This document shows, piece by piece, positions 40,186-52,285 of a stretch of DNA of 64,000 nucleotides. Within the stretch, counting starts at the first letter, position 1; each line of letters starts with the position of its first letter. This DNA is from Squalus acanthias (taxonomy: Eukaryota): the NCBI GenBank assembly GCA_030390025.1, contig CM059432.1:103852001-103916000 (forward strand). The letters are read 5' to 3'. A model generated the notes under the pieces. The model had not been told where the DNA came from, did no database searches, and worked only from the letters and a program-made list of their open reading frames with translations. The translations under genes and the position numbers were made by a program.

Positions 40186-41205
40186 TGTACTGAGGAAGTA
40201 CTGCACTGTCAGATGTGCATTATTTTAGATGAGACTTTAAACCGAGGCCCTGTTTGCTCAGATCCCATGGCATTATTCAAGGAAGAGCAGGGATTGTCCT
40301 GGTGTCCTGGCCAAAATTTATCCCACAACCAACCCCTCTCAAAACATCTTTTGTCGGATTTTCCGACCCCCCACGGGTGCGTACGAGCTGCGTACGCACC
40401 CGTAGGGGCCTCGCAAGTGCCGGTTTCAGGTAGATTGGGAAACTACATTAAAAGGTATGACGGTAGACAAGCAATGGCTAGCATTTAAAGAATTCTCTTG
40501 ACAGATCATCCGCCTGCCCGGAAGAAGGGCTTCCGTGATCTGAGAGTTCCGCTTTCTGCACAACTTCCGCCCGCTGAAAACCTTTAAATATCTTACGCCT
40601 GGTAAAAGCAGGCGTAAGGCCTGCTTTTCCCAGCAAAGAGTTTTAAAAAATAAAAAATAAAAAATTTTCCACTCATTTATAATTTAAAAATACTTTTAAA
40701 AAAAGGTAAGTTTATTTTTAGCCCTGTAAAAAACTTTAATTATTTTTTTCAAAAAATTAAATTTTTGTTTAAAATATTTAATTTCATGTAATTTTAACTA
40801 ATTTTAAATACGTGATTTAAAAAAAATTATTTAATGTTTAACTTTTTTAAGTGATCCCCATTCATACTTTTGACAGATCTGTGCGTAGAGACCTGTCAAA
40901 AGTGTGAAGGGGGATTCCCTTCTTTGATTGGTTCCCCATAGCCCACGTGATCCATGGGGCGCTTGCAAACTGCATGCGCCCCTGAGATACCTGGGCCTCT
41001 GCGCATTTCGGAGAGCACAGGCCCAGGATCGCAAGTCTCAGGACCTACGGAGCCAGCAGATAAGTGCATAGATTTTTTCTGATCGGGGGCATCCGCACGC
41101 AGGAAGCCTCTGATCGGAAATTCAGGGCCATTATCTGGTCAGTTATCTCATTGCTGTTTGTGGGACCTTGCTGTGCACGAATTGGCTGCCACATTTGCCT
41201 ACACC
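40186..41205 (+). mobile_element. SacSINE1-like SINE split by a MITE
   Basis: Deu core at 40186-40348, continuing as ATTATCTGGTC..TTGGCTGCCAC at 41130-41205. Confidence 0.75.
40351..41129 (+). mobile_element. Harbinger-type MITE (family M)
   Basis: Left TTGTCGGATTTTCCGACC (degenerate), right GATCGGAAATTCAGGGCC|ATT; core homologous to the 13.3 and 17.8 kb copies. Confidence 0.75.
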
Positions 41206-41214
41206 ACACAACAA

Positions 41215-41430
41215 TTTGTGTCAAGCAAATAAAGGTGATGTGTCAAGCTGCACCCAGTGCACAATATGTCAAACCATCTATCATCACCGACGATGCGGAA
41301 CTGAATGCCATAATGGACTTCACCTACCTGGGAAATATGTTGTCAAATATTCCTCTGACTAATCAAGAAGTGCTTACTCGCATCAAAAAGAAAAGTTCCT
41401 TTGGCAGACTGAAAGAGCGTGTCTGAGATT
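41215..41430 (+). mobile_element. Old RTE fragment
   Basis: KVMCQ..DFTYLGNML..EVLTRIKK..FGRLKERV parallels the RTE at 15.9-16.1 kb. Confidence 0.6.
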
Positions 41431-42304
41431 AAGTTGCACACTAAACTGAAAGGCTCTGATTTTAACTCTAGACGGGTGTCGGGCAGGCCCGGGGCCGAGG
41501 CGGACGGCAAAACATCTCAACCTCAGCGGCGTGAGGCCCTGATGGTTTTAACTGCCGCTCCTCATCTGCATAGGGTCAGTTAGTCTCCTGGCTGGAGGCA
41601 GCAGCTAGACGGCAGGCGGGGGCACAATGATGGGCGCAGGAGGCCATAAGAACAGTTCCCGGTACATAAGTAAGTCATAGGTGGGGGTTCAGGCAGGCCT
41701 CGTGATCAGGGGAGGGGAAGCCCGGAGTTTAGGAGGCCTAAACTTTCCGTGTAGGGTCCGGAGGAACACTTCCCTGGGCCTCACAATGGTGCAGGCCTCT
41801 GGCTAAAATAGCAGTCGGATCCCTGAAGTCTATCATGCAGTTGGGATCTCTACTCTCCTTTATGTTTATAAAACCCAGCCATCGCCAACACTGGAAAAAC
41901 ATCCTTATAAGAGCTCAACAAGATGCACCTGCACTAGATCAGATCCATCATATTTATTAAATAGTGGATTAATGATTGGTAGGTGCTGAAATGCAGCGAA
42001 TCAAACCGCATTAAACCAGTCATAATAAAAACAAGCTTCACTGGCCAGGACACATTATTGAGACGGATAATCATGGACTTGCCAAGTGCATTCTGTGCTG
42101 CAAACTCAATTGCAGTACATGTTTGTGGAGTGGGCAAAGCATTTTAAAGATATACTAAAACACAACCTAAAGCTGTGTAGCAATGGCACAAGCAACTGAC
42201 AGATACTTGTGACCAACCAGAATGACATTGTCACTAACACTAGTGTTACAGAGTGGATCTTACCCCAATTATACAATTTCTAGCTTTACCTACGTGTCAT
42301 GTAG

Positions 42305-42391
42305 AAGATCAGCCATGATCTTATTGAATGGCGGAGCAGGCTCGAAGGGCCAAATGGCCTACTCCTGCTCCTATTTCTTATGTTCTTATGT
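42305..42391 (+). mobile_element. CR1 3' UTR/tail fragment
   Basis: GATCAGCCATGATCTTATTGAATGGCGGAGCAGGCTCGAAGGGCC..TTCTTATGTTCTTATG. Confidence 0.8.
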
Positions 42392-44132
42392 CCATGTTCT
42401 GTGAAAAGTCAGTATAAACAGCGATAAAGCATAATCAAGTTATAACTAAACCACTGTAACTAGAAAAGGACACAGAAAGAAGCTGTATGCACTCTGCTGA
42501 TTGTGAAAAAGATGCAATGTTACCAGTTGCTTTCAACACACGTTAAGAGTACTTGGCAGAGAACTGTATTAGTGTATACAATTCTAAAATGCACTTTTTT
42601 CTAATCAGAGAATTTCCCATCATCATTATATAGAGACATTCTAAAGACTCCAGCATTGAAGTGGCTCAACAGATAAGTAAAAAACAAATAACTTGGAAAT
42701 ATGATGACCAGCTTTATGTTGTAAGAATTATCTTTACTGAAAGATATTAGGTAATGAACGTTACTTATCAGGATTTGTCATTTGATGTTGTTCATGTGAC
42801 CTGAAGGCAAGGCACAGTTTTGAAAACCACTATGAAAGATAAGTTCTTCAGTCTATTAAGAAATCCGTCATACTATTTTTTTTACTTTTAACAGAATATT
42901 GGCAGCAATTAAGACATTGTGCACTGAAAAACCCTTTTTAGCTTTTAAATGTTGACCCTTATTTCCATCAAGTAGTAACAGTAAAGAAAACTACATATTT
43001 CTAAGGCTGAATATAACACAAGATGAAAAAAGAACCACAAAATAATTATCAATTCATAATCTTGAAAAAATATTTGCGACCTTGTACTATGTTGGATTGT
43101 AGTGTAGATGTGATACAGCAATCCTCAGACAGTCAAATACCTTTAGCTCAATTGAATTAAAACAGTTTAGCAGAACAATGCAAACCATCTGTGCTACAGG
43201 CCTGCTGATTTTTTAATGAAGCAAACTCTAAGATAGTGCTACTCATAACCCTGCCCAGGACTCACTTATGGCCCACCTCCACTTCACCTGTGACTGTCAC
43301 AGATCTGTTAATCCATATGTCTCTGCTTCTCCATTCCTGTGGTTTGCCGAGCTATGGGCTGTTCCCATATTTGAATTTAGCACTGCTCCATCTTCTCTGC
43401 TGTGCAGTGAGCAAAGGTGGTGGAATATAACGTGGAGGTAGGGCTATCCCATCATCCATACAAGTGATAGTGTTTTGTTAAAATTATAAAACCTATAATT
43501 TTCCAAGTTTTCAATGGAAGGAAAAAGCTGCAAAATGGGCATGCCCGATAGTTTAACTAAAATCATTGCTCCTGTTGTTTTCTTTTCTTCCCCTTCCTGT
43601 GAGGAAGTACCTGATCTCTATTTAGCAACTAACCAGAGTGGCAACTTTTCAAAGCACAAGCTAATCACCAATATGGGGAATTGCAGACACAGACACATGT
43701 CATATCTGTGGTACAATGTGTTGGACTATTCTTGAGTCATCCTTGAGCAAGACACTGTTTGGAATTGTGGTCCTTGATTAAAAAAAATGAAAGGCACTAA
43801 CCCAAAATAATGAATTCAATTTAAAGGAATACACTTTATTCCTTTGTTTCAATAGCCTTTAGTAGACAAATGTGCGTCTAGCCGATCCTCTCTGGTCTGG
43901 CTAATGAAAAGGCCACATTTAAAAAGGTGTCTTCATGAGGGAAACAAGCCAGAACATGATCTGCTGAATGTAAAAGCAGTGGAAGAAATGGGTTGCCTCA
44001 TGTGCTGTTAGGCACAGAAGAGAAGAAGTAGATAATACATTAGATTCCTGGGTGGGCACTTTTAAGATTAGCAGGCAGTATAGCTTAGCATTGGCACTAA
44101 AATATGCTTTGGCGATTCTGTATCTAATTTAC

Positions 44133-44223
44133 TTCACCTGAGGAAGGGGCAATCGATAGCTCCGAAAGCTTGTGATTTCAAATAAAACTGTTGGACTATA
44201 ACCTGGTGTTGTGCGACCTCTCA
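44133..44223 (+). mobile_element. Penelope-like pLTR fragment with a minimal hammerhead motif
   Basis: TCAC-CTGAGGA-A-GGGGC-loop-GCTCC-GAAA-GC-TT-GTGA, then AATAAA and TGTTGGACTATAACCTGGTG, which is shared with the 44.3-44.9 and 55.0-55.3 kb elements. Confidence 0.75.
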
Positions 44224-44422
44224 CTAAAATACAGGCCAGAGACAGATACCTCACAGCCATTATTTAGTAATGTAGGGATTGCTTTCCTACCAATGCTGAT
44301 ACATAGAATCTATTGCTCTGTCATTTTAATTCATGATGTGGAGATGCCGGCGTTGGACTGGGGTGGACAAAAATGAGAAGTCGCACAACACCAGGTTATA
44401 GTCCAACAGATTTATTTAATTT

Positions 44423-44461
44423 TACAAGCTTTCGGAACAGTTCGCTCCTTCGTCAGGTAAG
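44423..44461 (-). ncRNA. Minimal type I hammerhead ribozyme motif
   Basis: Reverse complement reads TTAC CTGACGA A GGAGC GAACT GTTCC GAAA GC TT GTAA. Confidence 0.65.
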
Positions 44462-44818
44462 TTAGCAGTGAGAGAATCTCCCAGAATTCACAATTTAAAC
44501 ACAGACAAAATATATTCAAATCTTTCCCTACATCAAAGAGCACAGCCAAGACAATGAGATGTGTCCCAGGGGGTCCAACGTGTCAAACCACCTGCTGGCT
44601 GCATGTCCTGTCAATCTGTGTAGGTTCTTGTGTTAGTCTTTTTAAAAAAAACACCTGGGAAGACCGGCCATGATGTCAAGTCACGTTCTGTATCGTGACA
44701 CGTTGGACCCCCTGGGACACATCTCATTGTCTTGGCTGTGCTCTTTGTTGTAGCGAAATGTGAATAGATTTTGTCTGGGTTTAAATTGTGAATTCTGGGA
44801 GATTCTCTCACTGCTAAC

Positions 44819-44856
44819 TTACCTGACGAAGGAGCGACAGCTCCGAAAGCTTGTAA
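44819..44856 (+). ncRNA. Minimal type I hammerhead ribozyme motif
   Basis: TTAC CTGACGA A GGAGC GACA GCTCC GAAA GC TT GTAA: CUGANGA/GAAA core, stems I and II, palindromic AGCT in place of stem III. Confidence 0.7.
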
Positions 44857-45129
44857 AATTAAATAAATCTGTTGGACTATAACCTGGTGTTGTGCGACTT
44901 CTCATTTTAATTCATGCTCAAGTGTCTACAAAGGATGGTGTGCACTGCAGTCTACCATAGGGCAGGAAGCTACATTCGTGGGCTCAGTAACACAGGCCAT
45001 CGACATAGTTAAAGCATCGCTCATGAATGTTCCCACTGTTGTAATAGATGCTTTAGTTCCAAAATCTAAGGAGCAGTTAGACAAACCTTGAGGACAACCT
45101 TTAAAAAGGCTTTCAAATACCTCACAACG

Positions 45130-45266
45130 ACTCAGGCACCATGCTGTGACGAGCAGTACAATAGAAGTCTGCATGGAGGTTTCACAAAGGGTCAATGGCA
45201 TTTCACCTGCCCACAGAATGTGGGAGCAGATTAGCAAGAAATTTACAGGCTTGAGGCCAAGGTGAG
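45130..45266 (+). pseudogene. Isolated Harbinger Myb/SANT exon remnant
   Basis: EVSQRVNGISPAHRMWEQISKKFTGL parallels QIAGMVNASSVTPRTWTQCRKKFNDL (56.0 kb) and ends at a donor AAG|GTGAGT in a similar position. Confidence 0.55.
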
Positions 45267-45788
45267 TGTCATCAAACTTTGGATAATTTTGCAATATTGC
45301 CTTAAAATACATGTTCATCAGGATCATCTTCTCCCCCTCTGTTGTTGCTACCGGTTTTCTCCTTCCGCTCCATGGAAAGGCCCTTTTGCAGGCTAAAGCT
45401 GTGTAAGACACAGCAGGCAACAATAATTTTGGACACTTTAACTGGGCTGTACTATATGCTTTCTCTGATTCTGCCCTTCCTACTCCAGAACCAGCAGGTA
45501 GAGAGGGATGGCCATTGGGACATCCATAGATCCTACATAGGTAAGGCTCAATTACAATTCCCTCAGCTAATACTCACAAATGGTAACTGGAGTTAAACTT
45601 TTGGAAGGTTTGAATAGCTACAACAACAAAACCCAAAGACACTATGAAATAAATATTAGACAGCTACTTGATGCACCTACCAAGCAGACTGTGTTTTAAG
45701 AAATAGGCACCAACGTGGCTGAATGGACCAATCATTCAGCACCCAGTTGAGCTTCAACTCTGGTGCTAAGACTGCATTAAAGGCATAC

Positions 45789-46484
45789 GACCCTTCGAGC
45801 CTGCTCCGCCATTCAATAAGATCATGGCTGATCTTCAACCTCAACTCCATGTTCCTGCCCTATCCCCATATCCCTTGATTCCCCGAGAGTCCAAAAATCT
45901 ATCTCTCTCAGCTTTGAATATACTCAACGACTAAGCATCCACAATCCTTTCGGGTAGAGAATTCCAAAGATTCACAACCCTCTGAGTGAAAATATTCCTC
46001 CTCATCTCCGTTTTAAATGGCCGACCCCTTATCCTGAGACTATGCCCCCTAGTTCTAGACTCTCCAGCCAGGGGAAACAACCTCTTAGCGTCTACCCTGT
46101 CAATTCTCCTCAGGATCTTATATGTTTCAATGAGATCACCTCTCATTCTTCTAAACTCCAGAGAGTATAGGCCCAACCTACTCAGTCTCTCCTCATAGGA
46201 CAACCCTCTCATCCCAGGAATTAATCTAGTGAACCTTTGTTGCACCACCTCTAAGGCAAGTATATTCTTCCTCAGATAAGGAGACCAAAACTGTGCACAG
46301 TACTCCAGGTGCGGTCTCACCAAAGCCCTGTACAATTGTAGCAAGACTTCCTTAATCTTGTACTCCAACCCCTTTGCAATAAGACCAACATGCCATTTGC
46401 CTTCCTAATTGCTTGCTGTACCTGCATGCTAACTTTCTGTGTTTCCTGTACGAGGACACCTAAATCTCTCTGAACACCAACATT
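45789..46484 (-). mobile_element. CR1 3' fragment
   Basis: LYRALVRPHLEYCAQFWSP..FTQRVVNLWNSLP. Confidence 0.9.
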
Positions 46485-49400
46485 TAATAGTTTCTCAAAA
46501 TATCTTGCAGTCATTCTCTCAATGTGCTGTAAAGGAAACTTTGCCCCCAAAGTACATTAAACTGGCCTTAGGAAGTACTTCTGCGCAACTAGAGAGGGAA
46601 AGCAACTATGATTGTTCTGTTACTATAAATATGTACAATATACTTTCAACATGATCCAACAACATTCAGCAAAGACGGCCCAGACTGATGAGGTTGGCCT
46701 GCTGATGGTGCAAACAGATGAACCCATGCTGTGATAATGAAAATTGTGCTGTGATATTAACTTACAGCTTTGCTGTGCAGAAACTTTGACATCTTCCTCT
46801 TGAAAATTTGCTCATAGATCTCATGTGAATAAATAGCTAAACTTCCTTTATTAGCCCAAACTGAGGAATGTTGAGTACTTCTAAGTAGATTGGTCTTTAA
46901 CAAGCTTCACTGGACAGTTTTGTTGTCGCCTAATTTCAAACCATGGAAGGAAGGCCCAATACCACTTTCCTAACATTTTCCTCACCAGTTTACTTACATC
47001 TACATCTCTGGTAAACTTAACATAGTGAGAATAATATCACCCTTCATTGATAAAGATCTACAACATACCATTAAGAATATAGGCACACTACAAATCCTAT
47101 ATGGTCCATGAAAGGAATCCATTTGACGGACTAAATGGCATTTTCTTGTCAGATTTTCATATGTTCTTAACTGTCTATCATTCTATGTTTCTAGCATTGT
47201 CTTTTTATCTATCTATGTTAAATAGAATTTTGTTAATGAGTGCCCGGTTCATGATAAATGGTTAAAGGGAACAGTAGCTCATGCCAATTCCAATGGATAA
47301 CTGCTGCTTTATGGGAACAGTTTAGGCTGAGGGTGCTGCTTTATAGGCACGATTCAAACCAGCATGGCACCTGTTTGAGTAGATTTTATAAAAGCTGCTA
47401 TTACTGTCATACAATAGGCTCACTCCTGAACAGTTCATTTGGCCAGCTTCACATCGTCTCATCACTTAATGCAAACCTGCTGTTATAGATGAGTTAACAA
47501 CATTGGCTCTCGGGCACTTGCAGGACACATTGTTGCCAAGTAGAAGCAGTTACACATTCTTTTTACACAACTTTTGCTTAAAAGAAACAACTGGCTAAAG
47601 GGGATCTCTAGCCTACCATGGAGATGTGCTGTTTCTATTAAGAAGCTTTCATTGTATATTAATGCTCGATCGCTACCAGTCTACAGATAGTACTACTGCA
47701 AATGCTGCTTAGGTGAAGTTGTAGCAAATCAACTGTGAACTGTATGTGGTGGAAAAAAATAAACAGAGCAGATTTTTGTATTGTTATAACATCTGGACAT
47801 TATTTTCTACAACATCAGCATTAGCTACAGCTCAGGAAGCATGCTGTCCTAAGGTGCTTGTCAGCACTGCATTTAAGGATGTTTCTTTGAAACACAAACA
47901 GTGCTTTCACTTATTGGTTAAGGGTTAATCTCTATATAGTAAGATTTTTTTAAAAAGACAACAAAGTAGATGAAACTTTTTTCATTAAAATAATTCTCCA
48001 AATAAACTGAAATTGTTTTTGCATCTTTAGTAATGCAATACAATAATGCTACCCCAGGCACTTAAAAGGATAAGAAACCACAAAGTAACTGGTAAAAATG
48101 TTCTGGAAGTTATTAAATTGAGAAGCCCTAGACAAAAACATTTCTATTTCCATAATTTAATCAGAAACATATTTATTGGTACTGAGAAACAAAGATGCAA
48201 AACTCACACTAAAATGATTTACTTAAAAAAATTAGTAAAATATGTGCAACAAAGAAACATAAACATCTGGTCCTCAGTCACAAAACTTGCTTTGTGTTCA
48301 AATGAAACTCTCCTTTTTATGCCATGATGAACTTCTTAGATTCTTTTTTGATTTATAAGTGTCTAAATTAAAAGGATGATAGGGGAGGAAGATGAAGTGT
48401 CTGTCCTACATTCTGCAGGTCCAGATGGAAGGATTTATCCATCTGTTTAACACAGAAAATGTTTAACATGAATGGATAAAGATAGTTTATAAGACCAGAC
48501 ATGGCCCAGTGCATCCAAATTTACAATATGTATAATCTTTAAACATGAAAAAGCACATTTTTTAATCCCTCACCAGAGTTGTATTTTATTTCATGCTCAC
48601 ACTGATCTTAGTTGCACTTTACATAGGCCAGGTCAACTGATCGAGACAAGGTTTTGTGCCCAAATTTGGATACAATATCAACTTGGAGGAATGTGTTACA
48701 TCATAACAATGACAATCTGACTAAAGCTGGCAATACACTACTCATTATTCTTTGGTGATTTACTTAGCATCTGGCAGTGTTTTCACATGATAAGCAATGC
48801 TTATTTCCCATAAACAGTTTCACAACTGCAGAATGGTGTCAAGATAACATTTGCATGATCAGTCACTAGGAAATATCTTTGCACCATGTCGGATGTGAAC
48901 TATTGATAGGGTTTCATGTTCATCTTTTATTCTGTCTTATGCGTGCAGAAAATGGGGAAAAAACACATGGATTGCATTTTACTCATTTTCTATTGAAAAC
49001 AAGAATAATCTAACCTTTCAGATGAATGATTCCGTGAAATTGTTAAAAAGGAGATGAATTGAGGGGAGAAAAATTAGGTTAAAAGAATATTTTAAATAGT
49101 TAACGGATAAAACTTTAGTTACATCAGTGGCTTATTTTAACTGCCCCTATAACACCCTACCTGTACTGGTATATATATAACACAGTGAAAAAAATTGGTC
49201 TGCCACTACAAATAGTGTCTATCAATCTGTCACATCTTGTTACGTGATCCTTCCATTATAATATTTGAATCACTTTATTAAATTCACTGCTGCCCAGTGC
49301 ACTCAAATCCCATATTTATTTTCTGTTTTTAGCAATATTCTTCTCTCATTAAATCCTCTCTCGCCCACCATACTCCATTCCTTGCCTGAGAGGACAGGTG

Positions 49401-50980
49401 GGTGAATTGTTCCCAGGGGTGTGCCAATGTTACCCTTTAACCACCTGTTGGGGCTGCATGTAAACTGTCTGGAGTAACTGGGAGTATCGATTTTCTAAAT
49501 GTTCTCCTGCAGGGAGACACCTAACTTTTGTTTGCCACGGCCCCTGACAATCCAGCAAGCATTATCAGCTCGCTAACTCGGGATTCATGGGCTCTAACAT
49601 ACATCATATCACTCTGTGGCAAAGCTGGTCAGTGCACCAATTGCACTCGTGCATCAGCTCACCTATCATTAATTTTAATCATCTATCTAGTTCTATTGCC
49701 CTGTCACCTCAAATATAAGCAAAATAAAAATTACAGACAAACATGCAAATGCCAAAATAACCTCACAACTCTCAAGCTCAGTAACCTTTACCCAGTAGAA
49801 CAGAAAACAACTTTAAAACGGTGGAAAATATGGACTAGACAGCAACAATATTGCACTGGTTAAACTGACCTAGTGTATCCGCAACACAAGATTAAGGGTA
49901 ACTTTTGAAAACTTGCAAAAGGACAGAAGTTGAATATATATAAAGCAACAAACACAGATCAGAATTACAGTGTTACAGGATTGGTACAAAAAGTTGGGGC
50001 TCAGATGACTATAAACCATCAGAGCTTTATGTTGACATCGTCTGAACCCTGCAATAGTTAGAGACCCACCAAACAGTTTCATAGATTTGTGATTCTACAG
50101 ATTTCTCATTCATATTCACATTCTTTGTTGATTAGTAGTGCACACAAGAAGTCAGTGTCTCTTGTTTCCAAGAGACCACCAAGAGGAAAGGATTTGAATC
50201 CAAAATCCGAGCTGGTGCTGGCAGGTAAAATGTTGAAATTGCAAAGTAAAATATTTTGAAACCAGGAGGTAATTCAGCTTTGAGAGGAATTTTGAAAGGC
50301 TCTCTTGCAGATTCTGAATATTCTATTCAAGACAGAAGTATGCTCTTTATTCAGATTGCCACACAGATTTTAAAATGAAGAAAGGAATACAAGCTTCAAC
50401 TGTGGGCTTATGTTGCCCAGTAGGAATTTGCTCAAATGTAAATACATTTTTTTGAGGTGAAAGAGTCATTCCTCAAACTTTAAGCTAAAAAAAACTAATG
50501 AAGGGAAAAGGAGCCCAGTTTTATAAAATGTGAATTAATAACCATGTAACAAATGTAACAAGGTTGTCTTTTGGCTTTAAAGCAGGTGCCGGTTACACAG
50601 CCCAGTAGTCCTCATTTGTGCTCACCTAACCCTTCTCCCCCCACCCCCCCCCCCCCCCCCTCAATACCAAGTTCAGGTGGTGTGTATGAATGGTACTGCA
50701 AACAAGAGCATGTGACAGAAATACAGGAAAGGCAGGTTATTCGCTTAGTAGGAGGCACTGGACAGAATTGTGTTGCTAATATTAACATATCATGCAGAAC
50801 ATCACTTTTAAAGTACATATCTAAGCTCTGTATAATCAGGATCTACAGTACTTTGGTTAATGCGAATACCTTGTGTTTTATATTTCAGCTATTTACGGAT
50901 CCAAATACAGCGCAGTATCTAGGCCAAACCTATTTACATTGGCAGCTCGACAAGGACTCAGAAGGAAAATACTTCATATA

Positions 50981-51530
50981 GTGTAGCACTCAGAAATGCA
51001 GACCAGAAAGGTTCCAGGTTTGATTCCTGTATCAGTTCTGAGTTAACCGATCTAAGCCAGTACAGTGCTAGAGATGGAGTTGAGAGGTGCTACAATTGGC
51101 CTCCACATTCCAAGGCTTTGAGACGGTAAAATCCAGCAAGCTTCCTGCTCTCGATCAATATTCAGTGATGCTCTGCTGGAGGTAGGCATCATACTTCCAG
51201 CAGAGGATCACTGAATATTGATCGGGCAGGAAAGTGGAGTTCAGGCCAAGATCAGATCAGCCATGATCTTATTGAATGGCGAAGCAGGCTCGAGGGGCCA
51301 AATGGCCTACTCCTGCTCCTGCTTCTATTTCTTATGTTCTTATGTAAGTGAAGACAGGAAATGGCTCCATAGTTAGATCTCCTGTTGATGCTCACTATCC
51401 AAGCTCATGCATGAGCAATGGCCACTTGGTAGGAGACCAATGGACTGTCATCGCTCCTGGAAACATAACCCACAGCAAGAGTTTCCACCTTCAATAGAAG
51501 AGGGGTAATGAAAAGAAAATCAGAGTAAAT
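50981..51530 (+). mobile_element. Old SINE family X interrupted by a CR1 tail
   Basis: Family X blocks on both sides of 51185-51344. Confidence 0.55.
51224..51344 (+). mobile_element. CR1 3' UTR/tail fragment
   Basis: GGGCAGGAAAGTGGAGTT..GATCAGCCATGATC..TTCTTATGTTCTTATG. Confidence 0.85.
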
Positions 51531-51585
51531 TAGAGAGGAAAATAATTCACACTTGCCTACGTATCGTTAAACTTTAGCTTTGCTC

Positions 51586-51970
51586 ACATGAACGCAGGAA
51601 CAGGAGTAGGCTATTCAGCCCCTTGAGCCTGTTCCACCATTCAATTAGTTTATGACTGAGCTGTATCTTAACTCCATCTACCCGCCTTAATTCCGCAACC
51701 TTTAATACCCTTGCCTAACAAAAATGTATCGATCTCAATTTTGAAATTTTCAATTGCCCTAGCCTCAACAGCTTTTTGGGGGAGAGAATTCCAGATTTCC
51801 ACTATCCTTTGTGTAAATAAGTGCTTTCTGACATCACCCCTGAACGGCCTGGCTCTAATTTTAAGGTTATGCCCCCTTGTTCTGGACTCCCCCACCAGAG
51901 GAAATAGTTTCCCTCTATCAACCCTATCTATTCCTTTAAACATCTTAATCACCTCAATTAGATCACCCCT
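51586..51970 (-). mobile_element. CR1 3' fragment
   Basis: RGDLIEVIKM..FTQRIVEIWNSLP. Confidence 0.88.
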
Positions 51971-51999
51971 CAAGGAAAATATGCTTCAATCTGTTTTCT

Positions 52000-52285
52000 G
52001 TGCTGACTTATCTGATTTCAATGGGGTAGCAGTGGAGGTACTACAATTACTCTCAGTGACCGAAGGGAAAGTTCAATATTATCTCCCATTTTTGATTGTT
52101 ATCCAGTGATTGCTGTCGGAAATACAAATGTATGGACATCAGGTGAGGAGAACCGGATTGGACTCAGCTATGATGATGATCATAGTTGAGTAGCATAGGC
52201 TGAAACATGAAGAATAACCACAGAGTCATTGAAGGGTTTCCAGTGCCTATGGTGAGCCACTACCTTGAGGAGAAAAGGGGAAGTG
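52000..52285 (+). mobile_element. Old SINE family X fragment
   Basis: CTACAATT..TATCCAGTGA..GGTGAGGA..CATGAAGAAT blocks. Confidence 0.45.

Larger units (their letters stand above)
44336..44908. mobile_element. Penelope-like insertion with inverted pLTRs and a tail
   Basis: Arms ~44370-44585 and ~44696-44908 are inverted repeats; a ~35-nt extension occurs on one arm only; the direct repeat TCATTTTAATTCATG occurs at 44321 and 44902. Confidence 0.8.

Noticed and set aside
41451..41830. GC-rich segment as a CpG-island promoter
   Set aside because: It begins with a TIR-like GGCTCTGATTTT and resembles the MITE arms in this window; ends could not be defined.
44926..45423. 165-aa minus-strand ORF as a gene
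   Set aside because: No recognisable domain; it overlaps a plus-strand Myb/SANT remnant, so it is probably a chance antisense frame.
50571..50981. 136-aa Pro-rich ORF
   Set aside because: The prolines come from a poly-C tract (50637-50660); non-ATG start and no domain.
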